IMG/VR virus record: IMGVR_UViG_3300029305_001134
Location: 1-64,000 of that record
Length of the DNA stretch: 64,000 nt
Source: a virus
Taxonomy: Duplodnaviria > Caudoviricetes
Direction: 5' to 3' (one strand)
The notes beneath the pieces were generated by a model. That model made no database searches. It was not told the DNA's origin and saw nothing but the letters and a program-made list of their open reading frames with translations. The position numbers and the translations under genes are program-made. Shown here piece by piece: positions 50,938 through 60,729 of the stretch (its first letter is position 1; each line of letters starts with the position of its first letter).

Positions 50938-51219
50938 ATGAAAAAAAATCAGGAAGTTGAAACAGTTAATGTAGAAACAGTTAATGTAGAAACAGCAGAG
51001 GTTGATAAAGCTGAAGTTGATAACATTGAACAGGAACCTAAGAAAGTTGGATTCTGGAAATCAAAAACAGGAAAAAACATTATTAGAGTTACTGTAGGTC
51101 TTATCGCATTCGGTTTGGGAGCTACTGCCGCTTCATACGTGAACAGTAAGAAGAATGGAACAGCTACTGACGAAACAGAAGATGATTATTCTGAAGACGT
51201 GGAAATTACAGAATTTTAA
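50938..51219 (+). CDS. acidic single-TM protein
   Basis: central TM; ETVNV repeat. Confidence 0.72.
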   Translation: MKKNQEVETVNVETVNVETAEVDKAEVDNIEQEPKKVGFWKSKTGKNIIRVTVGLIAFGLGATAASYVNSKKNGTATDETEDDYSEDVEITEF

Positions 51220-51293
51220 GATTCTCAACAAGAGGGATTTACCTGTAACAGGGTATTTCCCTTTTTAGTTTTCAAAAGTAACAAGGAGGCTTT

Positions 51294-51497
51294 ATGTACG
51301 AGGAATACCACAGATATGAATACGAAGGACCTGTTATGGAATTTGGTATTTGTATCGCTAATAACTGGAAGGGAGAAACTGTAGCTCCAACCGAAAGAAA
51401 AGCAAGAAGTAACTTAGCGTATCAGTATAAAAAGAATAATAACAAATTATCTGATACGAGAATTACGTTACCAGGAAAAATTACCATGATTTATTAA
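51294..51497 (+). CDS. hypothetical protein
   Basis: RBS AAGGAGG. Confidence 0.72.
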   Translation: MYEEYHRYEYEGPVMEFGICIANNWKGETVAPTERKARSNLAYQYKKNNNKLSDTRITLPGKITMIY

Positions 51498-51509
51498 AAG
51501 GAGAATGCT

Positions 51510-52052
51510 ATGAAAAAAGAAACATTTGGAATTATTATGGGTGTTATTGGATTTGGATGTGCTATTTATACTGCTTATAAAGCGGACAAAATGTGCAAGA
51601 AAGTAGATAAGTCTATCGAGGATTTATCAGGCGATATTAAAGTCGACGTTAATGAAACTATTATCGAGAAAGCTGTAGATAAAGCAGTTGAAAGAGACGT
51701 TAAAGAAGCTATCGATGTTGCTACAAATAAGATCATTAAAGATATTCGTAATGATATTCATAAACAGGTTAAAGATGCCGTTGACGATTCTTACTCTGAT
51801 ATTCGTAAGTCTGTTTCCGACGAGTTAGCGAGAAAGGTGTCTGACATTAACATTAACCGTCTGAAAGAAGATGTGACTTATAAAGCCGAACAGAAAATCG
51901 TTGAGAAATTCGATGGTAATTTAGACGGTTTATTATCGAAGTTTAATAGTGATTTAGATAATGTATCTAAAATCTATAATTCTATCGCCACAAACATTAC
52001 TCGAAGTTATGGACAAAACAACAATAGCGGTATGACATTCAAAATCAATTAA
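51510..52052 (+). CDS. TM-anchored coiled-coil protein
   Basis: N-terminal TM; helical remainder. Confidence 0.75.
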   Translation: MKKETFGIIMGVIGFGCAIYTAYKADKMCKKVDKSIEDLSGDIKVDVNETIIEKAVDKAVERDVKEAIDVATNKIIKDIRNDIHKQVKDAVDDSYSDIRKSVSDELARKVSDININRLKEDVTYKAEQKIVEKFDGNLDGLLSKFNSDLDNVSKIYNSIATNITRSYGQNNNSGMTFKIN

Positions 52053-52078
52053 TTCGACTTGAGAGGAGTGACTAAACA

Positions 52079-52675
52079 ATGGCAGAGTATCCATCTAATT
52101 CTCACCGCAGTAAAACAGAGGCTGCGGAAAGAGAAAAGAGAGTAGAAAAAGTAGTAAAAGGTAAAGCGAGCACTAGTAAAAACAACGGACGTAAATTCAC
52201 GAATATATTTGTATCTGAGGATGCATCCAGTGTTAAGAAATATGTTATCGAGGATGTGTTGATTCCAACTGCCAAAGATACTATTGCGAATATCGTAAAG
52301 AACGTTATTGATATTATCTTATTCGGTGAATCGCAGGGCAATAGATCGCGTTCTAAGAGTAAGGTATCTTATCGCAGCTATTACGATGATGAGAAAGAAA
52401 AAAGTCGTGCCACAACTTCCAGTCGTTCAAGATTCGATTACGATGACATCAAATTCGAAACAAGAGCCGAAGCAGAAGAAGTTCGTGACCAAATGGATAA
52501 CGTAATCGAAACATACGGTCATGTAACTGTTGCTGATATGTACGATATGGCCGATTTAACAGCACCATACACAGCGAACGATTACGGTTGGAAATCTGTA
52601 GTTAACGCTGATATTGTTCGAGCTCGTGATGGCGGATGGATTTTAAAATTACCTAACGCAAGACCTATTAACTAA
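52079..52675 (+). CDS. conserved phage protein (YGxVTVADxYDL family)
   Basis: YPSNSHRSK N-terminus; IETYGHVTVADMYDMA. Confidence 0.78.
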   Translation: MAEYPSNSHRSKTEAAEREKRVEKVVKGKASTSKNNGRKFTNIFVSEDASSVKKYVIEDVLIPTAKDTIANIVKNVIDIILFGESQGNRSRSKSKVSYRSYYDDEKEKSRATTSSRSRFDYDDIKFETRAEAEEVRDQMDNVIETYGHVTVADMYDMADLTAPYTANDYGWKSVVNADIVRARDGGWILKLPNARPIN

Positions 52676-52709
52676 TTAGCGAATGACAGAAAGATAGAGG
52701 AATAAATAT

Positions 52710-53021
52710 ATGTCATTACTGTATGAAAAAATAAAAGAAATTCACTATTATAAACTACTAGATGATCGTATTAAAGTATCTCACGGTGATTTATTAGGCA
52801 ATCCGCATACTATCAGTCGATATTTTCAAGATGAAAACGGATGTATAAAAGTCGCAAGCGAACCTGGCAAAGTATTTTACCGCGCTGTGTGGTTTGAGGA
52901 ATCAAATTTAGAAGAAGCGAAAATAGCACTACTCGAATATCTTTCTGACCAGCGAGAAGAATTATCGACGAAATTAGAAAGTTTAGTTCGTTTAGTAAAT
53001 ATCGTCGAACAGACAGAATAA
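52710..53021 (+). CDS. hypothetical protein
   Basis: RBS AGAGG. Confidence 0.68.
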   Translation: MSLLYEKIKEIHYYKLLDDRIKVSHGDLLGNPHTISRYFQDENGCIKVASEPGKVFYRAVWFEESNLEEAKIALLEYLSDQREELSTKLESLVRLVNIVEQTE

Positions 53022-53047
53022 AAACCTTACAAAGGATGTGCGTTACG

Positions 53048-53359
53048 ATGATGTTAATGACCAAAGAGTTAGAGAAAACATTCGAGAAATATCCTATCGG
53101 TTCGCAAGAAGGAAAAATGGAAGACGCTGAAGTAGTAGTCAAGTATTTCAATCCATGTGGAGCTGGTACTTGGCTTATTACAGAAGGCGAGAAACAATCA
53201 GACGGTGACTGGTTATTATTTGGTTACTGTCATATTTTCGAATGGGAATGGGGTTACGTGATGCTTTCTGAACTAGAGAGTGTGCGTCTACCTTTTGGTT
53301 TAAAAATCGAACGCGAAATGTATGTAACAGGTGGTAAGGTAAGAGATTATATTGATTAA
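53048..53359 (+). CDS. DUF2958-like protein
   Basis: VVKYFNPCGAGTWLITE...LFG...EWGYVMLSEL. Confidence 0.75.
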   Translation: MMLMTKELEKTFEKYPIGSQEGKMEDAEVVVKYFNPCGAGTWLITEGEKQSDGDWLLFGYCHIFEWEWGYVMLSELESVRLPFGLKIEREMYVTGGKVRDYID

Positions 53360-53393
53360 CTGTATGTCATATATGAAAGGAGAAATTAATGCT

Positions 53394-53855
53394 ATGCGTA
53401 AAACAAATAAATATAATCCAGGATATTCAGATCCAATTTTCGAATCGTTAGAAGAAGCCAAGAATGTTTTAAATCAAATGCATGAAATCATTAATGAATA
53501 TGGGTTTGTGACCATTGCTGACATGTATGATTTGGCTGACTTAACTGCACCATATACGGCGAGTAAATACTGTTGGGATGATTTGAGTGGATTTAAGATA
53601 TTGTCTAACTATATCAATCAACACTATATTCTAAGAACTAATGAACGTACGCTAAAATCAACCGATGATGTATGTAAAGCGGCAGACATGTTGTACGAGA
53701 AATTGTATGAGAAAAAAGAAACACCTCCAGCATGGGTCTGTGAAGTTAGACTCAATCTCGAAGAAGTTATCGAGGATTTAATCAAACACGGATATCATTA
53801 CTCAGATCCAATCGTGGTTAAATTGCGTGAAACTTACGAATTACTCAACAAATAG
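53394..53855 (+). CDS. YGxVTxADxYDL family paralog
   Basis: IINEYGFVTIADMYDLADLTAPYTA, near-identical to the segment in 52079. Confidence 0.72.
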   Translation: MRKTNKYNPGYSDPIFESLEEAKNVLNQMHEIINEYGFVTIADMYDLADLTAPYTASKYCWDDLSGFKILSNYINQHYILRTNERTLKSTDDVCKAADMLYEKLYEKKETPPAWVCEVRLNLEEVIEDLIKHGYHYSDPIVVKLRETYELLNK

Positions 53856-53868
53856 AAAGGAAAATGTT

Positions 53869-53991
53869 ATGGAAGATAAAGCAAGAAAAGTCGGACAAGC
53901 TGTTGGAACGTTATTCGCTTATATTGTAGCTGGATGTATTTCTGCAACTGCGGTAGCTTTAACGGTTAAATTTATCATGTGGTTATTCTAG
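53869..53991 (+). CDS. 40-aa TM microprotein
   Basis: RBS GAAAGGA. Confidence 0.6.
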   Translation: MEDKARKVGQAVGTLFAYIVAGCISATAVALTVKFIMWLF

Positions 53992-54001
53992 GAGGTAATA
54001 A

Positions 54002-54271
54002 ATGAGCGATAGAATCAACATGACAGTAAAAGATTTGAGAGATATTTTAAAAGAGTTACCTGATGACATGGACGTAATTATTCCAGTTGTTGATGAAGAC
54101 GATGCAAATTATATCGTATCTTTCAGACATGTCCGTACAGCTGGAATTCTTAAACATCATTATGTACCAGAGCCAGCGTTATGTATCAGTACCTCCGCGG
54201 ACGGAGTTGATATGCATACATTGATCAAACTGTTTAATGGTGACGTTACGTGTGAGAAAGTATTATTTTGA
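54002..54271 (+). CDS. hypothetical protein
   Basis: MTVKDLRDILKELPDDMDV motif. Confidence 0.72.
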   Translation: MSDRINMTVKDLRDILKELPDDMDVIIPVVDEDDANYIVSFRHVRTAGILKHHYVPEPALCISTSADGVDMHTLIKLFNGDVTCEKVLF

Positions 54272-54280
54272 GGTGATGCG

Positions 54281-54769
54281 ATGACAAATGAAAGATTCAA
54301 AGAATTACTCGAAGAATTAGATGGTAATAGTGTTAAAACTTTAGCTGAGAAAAATGCTAGATATTCCGCAGACAGTGGTGACGCATTACACAATTTCAAA
54401 GAGGGTGCCGAGATTGCAGGTGGTACTCCGGCTCAGGCTTGTTGGGGTTATATGACCAAACATCTTGTAGCCCTCCGAGACAAAGTAGAACGAAACGATT
54501 TCTCTGACAAGGAAGACTTCTTAGAAAAATGCCAAGATACGATTAATTATATTCGTTTCTTATGGTGTATTGGGAATGAAGGTGGAACTATCGAGCATAA
54601 CTGCAAAAATATTAAAATGACAGTTACTGATAAATGCGGAAAAACTTCTACGTTAGAAACGAAAGATGCGGGTGATATCTCAGTAACGGTTAGTGAGAAA
54701 GACGACCGTGATCCAATCGTTCTTAATATTTACGAACGTATATCTGACAGAAAATTAGCCAATATCTAA
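54281..54769 (+). CDS. nucleotide-modification-associated / DUF1599-like helical protein
   Basis: KNARYS...DALHNF...KH..AL.D...DTINY. Confidence 0.55.
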   Translation: MTNERFKELLEELDGNSVKTLAEKNARYSADSGDALHNFKEGAEIAGGTPAQACWGYMTKHLVALRDKVERNDFSDKEDFLEKCQDTINYIRFLWCIGNEGGTIEHNCKNIKMTVTDKCGKTSTLETKDAGDISVTVSEKDDRDPIVLNIYERISDRKLANI

Positions 54770-54909
54770 AATCTGCCAAACCGATAATTGAAGATATCAA
54801 CGGTTTTGAATTTACCGTTACGTATACTTCGTCCGTCGGACAAATAAAAAATGCATACCCACGAGACAAATATTATTACGAGATTATCTAAAAAAAAAAG
54901 GAGAATGCC

Positions 54910-55185
54910 ATGTATTATAAATTAGAAAGTGTTAATGGAGTCCTCAATAGAGTCCTCATTATACCGAATACAAAAGATTTAACATTTATCATTCTCGGAA
55001 AATCTGGACCTACAGGTAAAACTTGGCTATGTAATGAACTTAGAGCACGTGGGTTAAATGCTATTGAAATAAGCGAACAGATATGTTCATTCGTTGGCTA
55101 TAAGACTTATAACAACGAAAATTATATTACTACAATCGGACGCGATAACCAGGTAGTAATAGTTTTAAATAAAAGACTTAAATAA
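54910..55185 (+). CDS. small P-loop-like protein
   Basis: IILGKSGPTGKTWL. Confidence 0.6.
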   Translation: MYYKLESVNGVLNRVLIIPNTKDLTFIILGKSGPTGKTWLCNELRARGLNAIEISEQICSFVGYKTYNNENYITTIGRDNQVVIVLNKRLK

Positions 55186-55201
55186 AAAGGAGAGAACAAT
55201 C

Positions 55202-56158
55202 ATGACAAAAGTAGAATTAATGAATAAAGCAAGTAGAGCTATGCATAAAGTAGCTTTCAAATTTAAAAAACACAGCCCTGAAATTATGATTGTGACAGGT
55301 GTTGTTGGTGTTGTAACAAGTGCGGTAATGGCTTGTAAAGCTACTACTAAACTTAGTGAAATTATGGAAGAAGCAAATAATCAGATTGACGAAATCAAAT
55401 ACGCGATGGAACATCCTGAAACCGTGCCAGCAACTTCCAAAGGAGAATATACAGAAGAAGCTGGTAAGCATGATTTGACTATCACTTATGCGAAAACAGG
55501 ATTTGAATTGTTTAAACTCTACGCTCCAGCTGTAGGTGTAGGCATTGCTTCTATTACTATGATTCTTGCAGGTCACAATATTACTCGTAAGCGTTTGGCG
55601 GTTTCTACAGCAGCTTATACAGCACTCGATACAGCATTCAAAGATTATCGTGGACGTTTGATCGAACGATTCGGTAAAGATTTGGACAAAGAATTACGAT
55701 ACAACTTAAAAACAAAAGAAGTAGAAGAAGTAATCGTGAATGAAGATGGCTCTGAGACTATCGTTAAGAAAACAGTCGAGGAAGTTGACAATCCATTGGC
55801 ATTGTACAGCGATTATGCTAAATTCTTTGACGCTAGCTGCCCAGATTTCGAAAAAGACCCAGAACTTAACTTTATGTTCTTACGTGCTCAGGAACGTTAT
55901 GCGAATGAACAGTTAAAACGTAAAGGTTATATGTTTTTGAATGATGTATACGAATTAGTTGGTATTCCACGTACAAAAGCAGGGCAGTTCGTTGGTTGGA
56001 TTTACGACGATAAAAATCCAGAACATGACGGTGATAATTTCATCGATTTCGGTATTACAGACAGAACTAAAGAAGGTAGTCGTTTGTTTGTTAACGGTCG
56101 CGAAAGTGTTATTCTGTTAGACTTCAACGTTGACGGACCTATCGTTGATTTAATCTGA
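55202..56158 (+). CDS. DUF6353-like protein, paralog 3 (possible UGA read-through to 56281)
   Basis: SPEIMIVTGVVG..ACKATTK...FLNDVYELVG..VGW...LLDFNVDG. Confidence 0.8.
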   Translation: MTKVELMNKASRAMHKVAFKFKKHSPEIMIVTGVVGVVTSAVMACKATTKLSEIMEEANNQIDEIKYAMEHPETVPATSKGEYTEEAGKHDLTITYAKTGFELFKLYAPAVGVGIASITMILAGHNITRKRLAVSTAAYTALDTAFKDYRGRLIERFGKDLDKELRYNLKTKEVEEVIVNEDGSETIVKKTVEEVDNPLALYSDYAKFFDASCPDFEKDPELNFMFLRAQERYANEQLKRKGYMFLNDVYELVGIPRTKAGQFVGWIYDDKNPEHDGDNFIDFGITDRTKEGSRLFVNGRESVILLDFNVDGPIVDLI

Positions 56159-56281
56159 AATGTAGGACTCGATAATTGTTTTTCAGGGAATATTTATCGA
56201 GATATGTTTGATTTTCCAGACTTATTTCCACTCGGTATATATGGTCTAGAAGGAGAATCATACTTGGATGGAGGTTATTAA

Positions 56282-56509
56282 ATGACAGGAAAGGAATTAA
56301 TCTTCTATATTTTAAACAACAATTTGACGAACATACCAGTATTTATGGATAATAGAATATTAGGTTTGTTAACAATAGAACAAGCAGCTATTAAGCGAAA
56401 TGTCGGTACAGCCACAATCACAGCATATATCATGATGAAACGTGTTGATTTTATTACAGTCAACGGTATGACATTCATTATCGATAACGATAGATTGAAA
56501 AATGCTTGA
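56282..56509 (+). CDS. small HTH-like protein
   Basis: LTIEQAAIKRNVGTATI. Confidence 0.65.
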   Translation: MTGKELIFYILNNNLTNIPVFMDNRILGLLTIEQAAIKRNVGTATITAYIMMKRVDFITVNGMTFIIDNDRLKNA

Positions 56510-56523
56510 GAGGTGATATAGTG

Positions 56524-56613
56524 ATGGATAATAAACTCCCAAAAATAACTTATGCATTTGTAACACTTGCTGGGGTTTGTTTCGTAAGTGGACTTGCCAT
56601 ATTAACTAAATAA
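56524..56613 (+). CDS. 29-aa TM microprotein
   Basis: RBS GAGGTG. Confidence 0.55.
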   Translation: MDNKLPKITYAFVTLAGVCFVSGLAILTK

Positions 56614-56635
56614 AAACAAAGGGAGTTGGGTTCTT

Positions 56636-56827
56636 ATGAATCGGTTAGAAGGGATCATGGCGTCACTCGAATATTTATTAGGCAATAAACGTAAGCGTCA
56701 TATTATGGGAGGTGTTCTTATGAGTACCTCTCTTTTGTTTGCGGGTTTAGCTATCACTATTATTACGTTAAAATTAGAAGAAAGGGAAATGGAAAGCGAA
56801 GATGAAGATGAATCATTTATTGAATAA
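56636..56827 (+). CDS. single-TM protein
   Basis: KRKRHIMGG followed by a TM. Confidence 0.68.
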   Translation: MNRLEGIMASLEYLLGNKRKRHIMGGVLMSTSLLFAGLAITIITLKLEEREMESEDEDESFIE

Positions 56828-57377
56828 AAGTATTATATTCGCTGTTGGGGCCGCTATCGGCTCCGCAGTTACTTGGGCGATTGTAAAAAACAAATACAAA
56901 AAACTTGCTCAGGAAGATATTGAAGCTGTCAGAGAGTTTTATAAAGATAAATATAAGAACTGTACTGGCGGAACAGAAGAATTAAAAGAAGAAACTGAAG
57001 ACGCTGAAGATGAAGATGAAGAAATCGATGATAGTGATATTCCAGACGAGTATTACGAATCTTATAAATCAGTGTTAAAATCAAATAAATACAGTCCAGA
57101 AGAGGAGGATGATGAGGAAATGGATAAATTCGAGGTGCTTTCACCAGAAGAATATGAAGAATGTGATTACCCTACGATTTCATTGACATATTACAAAGAC
57201 GGGATTCTAACTAACGACAGAGGTAAAATTATTAGAAATGTAGATGAAGTTGTTGGTAAAGGGTCTCTTGGTAGATTTGGAGAATATGAAGAAGATAGTG
57301 TATTCGTAGCAGACCATGACTTACGAGTTGTATACGAAATTCTTAGAGACTACGATAACTTCCTGGAGCGTGATTAA
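56802..57377 (+). CDS. TM-anchored acidic protein
   Basis: FAVGAAIGSAVTW; FGEYEEDSVFV. Confidence 0.75.
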   Translation: MKMNHLLNKSIIFAVGAAIGSAVTWAIVKNKYKKLAQEDIEAVREFYKDKYKNCTGGTEELKEETEDAEDEDEEIDDSDIPDEYYESYKSVLKSNKYSPEEEDDEEMDKFEVLSPEEYEECDYPTISLTYYKDGILTNDRGKIIRNVDEVVGKGSLGRFGEYEEDSVFVADHDLRVVYEILRDYDNFLERD

Positions 57378-57916
57378 TGGGAAATAAAAGTTTAGAGCAA
57401 CAATATTTCGATTGGCTGTATAAAACCGTATGCGAGGGACGATATTCGAAAGAGCGTACTTATCGAAAATTATTTACTGCTCTACACGATATCGACTTCA
57501 CATATATTATTCCAAATGACAGCAATCGAGCAGATGACGGTAAGCAGCTTCGACGTCGTTTTGCTATTGATATTCTTAACGATGAGGAAGCAGAACATAA
57601 AATACTAGGACCATGTAGCGTACTCGAAATGATGATAGCTCTTGCTATTAGATGTGAAACTATTATGGATGATCCTGAGTATGGCGATAGAACGAAACAA
57701 TGGTTCTGGCAGATGATTACTAATCTAGAACTCGGTGGGCTACACGATGATAGTTTTGATATTCATTATGTAGAAAGCACTATAGCTAGATTTCTTAATC
57801 GTGATATCGAACCGGATGGGCGTGGCGGATTATTTATCGTCAAGAACTGTGAACAGGATTTACGAGATATGGAAATATGGAATCAATTAATGAGATGGCT
57901 AGATAACGTCTATTAA
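57377..57916 (+). CDS. conserved phage protein upstream of the replicase
   Basis: DSNRADDG..CSVLEMMIALA..GRGGLF. Confidence 0.75.
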   Translation: MGNKSLEQQYFDWLYKTVCEGRYSKERTYRKLFTALHDIDFTYIIPNDSNRADDGKQLRRRFAIDILNDEEAEHKILGPCSVLEMMIALAIRCETIMDDPEYGDRTKQWFWQMITNLELGGLHDDSFDIHYVESTIARFLNRDIEPDGRGGLFIVKNCEQDLRDMEIWNQLMRWLDNVY

Positions 57917-57956
57917 ACTAATTAGGAGCTGAGAAAAATGAAAGGGGAATAAAAAC

Positions 57957-60725
57957 GTGCTTGACTTTTTAATAATTTCAACACGTCCTACGAGAAATGG
58001 CATCGAGATTTACCCAAACTGGCGAATGTATCCCAAAAGTAAAGACCTTATGATTCGAGGTGGGGATTTCTACGCGGTTTGGGTTGAAGAACTTGGACTT
58101 TGGTCTACGAATGAAGATGATGTTTTTAAACTCGTGGACCGTGAGTTAGACAGATATGTGAATGAACACACAGACAAATTCGATGGACATCCTAGAATTT
58201 TGTATATGTGGGATTCTCAATCCGGTATGGTTGATTCGTTTCATAAGTATTGTCAAAAACAGATGAGAGATTCTTATGAAGTATTAGATGAGGAATTGAT
58301 ATTTTCTAATACTGAAACAAAACGAGAAAACTATGCCAGTAAAAAACTTGAATATCCTCTCGAAGTAGGGAGTATCACAGCGTACGATAAGCTTATTGGT
58401 ACTTTATATTCTCCAGAGGAAAGACATAAACTCGAATGGGCTATCGGAGCTATCGTATCAGGAGATTCGAGATACATTCAGAAGTTTATGGTATTGTATG
58501 GTGCAGCCGGAACAGGTAAATCTACAATTTTAAATATTATTCAGAAACTTTTTAACGGTTATTATGCGGTGTTCGATGCTAAGGCGTTGGGCTCGTCTAA
58601 TAACCGTTTTGCTTTGGGTGCATTTTCGAATAACCCATTAGTGGCGATTCAGCATGACGGTGATTTGTCCAGAATTGAAGACAACACGATTCTTAACTCG
58701 TTAGTATCTCACGAAGAAATGCCTGTAGATGAGAAATTCAAGAGACCGTATGTAACTCGATTCAAATGTTTCTTATTTATGGGTACGAATAAACACGTAA
58801 AGATTACTGACGGTAAATCTGGTTTGTTGAGACGTCTGATTGATGTTTCTCCTACTGGAAATAAAGTTAGTCCTGAAGAATACGAAAGATTGATCGGACA
58901 GGTTGATTTTGAGTTAGGTGCTATCGCTCAGCATTGTTTGGACGTTTATAATGATGATCCAGATTTCTATGACGATTATATTCCAACATCAATGATTGAA
59001 GCCTCTAACGATTTTCATAACTTCATTATCGATTCGTATGATGTTTTTAAGAAAGAAGATGGAACAACACTTAAAGCTGCATGGGAAATGTATAAAACCT
59101 ATTGTGAAGAAGCTAGAGTACCTTATCCGTTTTCTAAGAGAAACTTTCAGGAGGAATTGAAGAACTATTTTAAGAATTTCGATAGAACATACGAAGATGA
59201 AAACGGTAATACTCTGAGACAGTATTATAGCGTGTTCAATATGAAGTTATTGAGGGAGTTCGAGAAAGAGGTAGTTTATAGCGATAAGAAAGAAGAACCT
59301 AAACAAATCGAGAAAAAGAAGAGTTGGTTGGAGTTTAATTGTACAACTTCACTATTCGATGAGGAGTATAAAGATTGCCCTGCTCAATATGCTAATTCAG
59401 CTGGAACGCCTAATAAAAAATGGGAAGATGTTAAAACAACGTTAGGAATGCTCGATACAAGTAAAGTTCACTATGTAAAAGTCCCTGAAGTTCATATCGT
59501 AGCGGATTTTGATCTCAAGGATGAAACTGGTGAGAAATCATTCGAGTTGAACTACGAAGCGGCTAGTAAATGGCCCGCTACATATGCCGAACTAAGTAAA
59601 AGTGGTGCGGGTATTCATTTACATTATATTTATACTGGCGATGTATCGCAGCTCAGTAGAATTTACGATGATGATATTGAAATCAAAGTATTCACGGGCG
59701 GTAGTTCGCTGAGACGTAGATTAAGTAAATGTAATGATATTCCGATTGCTACTATTAGTTCTGGTTTACCTTTAAAGGAGGTGAAAGGAAATATGATGAA
59801 TTTTGATGGCATTCAGAGTGAGAAAGCTTTACGTACTCTCCTCAAACGCCATTTGAATAAAGAAATTATGGGATTTACAAAACCCAGCGTTGATATGATT
59901 TACAAGATTTTAAATGAAGCATACGAAAGTGGCGTTGGGTATGATGTTAGCGACTTACAGGATGCTGTTTATGCTTTGGCTATGAGTAGTTCGAATCAGG
60001 CTAACGCTTGTATCAAAATGGTTAATCAGATGAAGTTTAAGTCTGAAGAGGCTAATGAGACGATAAATGATAGTGGAGATGATAGATTGATATTTTATGA
60101 CGTGGAAGTGTTTCCTAATTTGTTCTTGGTTAACTGGAAAGTCCAAGGTGAAGGAAAGAAAGTTGTTCGTATGATCAACCCAAAACCACATGAGATTGAG
60201 GAATTGATTAAACATAAGCTTGTGGGCTTTAACAATTTAAATTATGACAATCATATGATTTATGGCTGTTTAATGGGATATTCAAACGAAGAATTATACA
60301 GATTGTCGCAACGTTTGGTTAGTAACGATAAAGAGTTACAAAGAAATTCAAAATTCAGCGAGGCATATAACTTATCGTATACAGATGTTTATGATTTTTC
60401 AGCTAAGAAACAAAGTTTAAAGAAATGGGAAATTGAACTTGGTATAAAACATCATGAATTAGGACTTGATTGGGATAAACCAGTACCGGAAGAAATGTGG
60501 GAAAAAGTAGCCGAATATTGTGACTCAGACGTTGTGGCAACGGAAGCTGTATTTAACAATAGACATGCTGACTGGGTGACTAGACAAATTTTAGCCAAAT
60601 TATCCGGGTTAACGGTAAACGAAACTAATCGTAGACATATCAATAGATATATTTTTGGTACAAACAGAAAACCTGAGTTGCTATATACAGATTTAGCTAC
60701 AGGTGAACAATTCCCAGGGAGGTGA
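57957..60725 (+). CDS. SF3 helicase - AEP primase - 3'-5' exonuclease fusion (N-terminal part of the replicase)
   Basis: Walker A YGAAGTGKST; AEP motifs ADFDLKD and SKSGAGIHLHY; exonuclease FYDVEVF, GFNNLNYD, YCDSDV. Confidence 0.85.
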   Translation: MLDFLIISTRPTRNGIEIYPNWRMYPKSKDLMIRGGDFYAVWVEELGLWSTNEDDVFKLVDRELDRYVNEHTDKFDGHPRILYMWDSQSGMVDSFHKYCQKQMRDSYEVLDEELIFSNTETKRENYASKKLEYPLEVGSITAYDKLIGTLYSPEERHKLEWAIGAIVSGDSRYIQKFMVLYGAAGTGKSTILNIIQKLFNGYYAVFDAKALGSSNNRFALGAFSNNPLVAIQHDGDLSRIEDNTILNSLVSHEEMPVDEKFKRPYVTRFKCFLFMGTNKHVKITDGKSGLLRRLIDVSPTGNKVSPEEYERLIGQVDFELGAIAQHCLDVYNDDPDFYDDYIPTSMIEASNDFHNFIIDSYDVFKKEDGTTLKAAWEMYKTYCEEARVPYPFSKRNFQEELKNYFKNFDRTYEDENGNTLRQYYSVFNMKLLREFEKEVVYSDKKEEPKQIEKKKSWLEFNCTTSLFDEEYKDCPAQYANSAGTPNKKWEDVKTTLGMLDTSKVHYVKVPEVHIVADFDLKDETGEKSFELNYEAASKWPATYAELSKSGAGIHLHYIYTGDVSQLSRIYDDDIEIKVFTGGSSLRRRLSKCNDIPIATISSGLPLKEVKGNMMNFDGIQSEKALRTLLKRHLNKEIMGFTKPSVDMIYKILNEAYESGVGYDVSDLQDAVYALAMSSSNQANACIKMVNQMKFKSEEANETINDSGDDRLIFYDVEVFPNLFLVNWKVQGEGKKVVRMINPKPHEIEELIKHKLVGFNNLNYDNHMIYGCLMGYSNEELYRLSQRLVSNDKELQRNSKFSEAYNLSYTDVYDFSAKKQSLKKWEIELGIKHHELGLDWDKPVPEEMWEKVAEYCDSDVVATEAVFNNRHADWVTRQILAKLSGLTVNETNRRHINRYIFGTNRKPELLYTDLATGEQFPGR

Positions 60726-60729
60726 GTAA

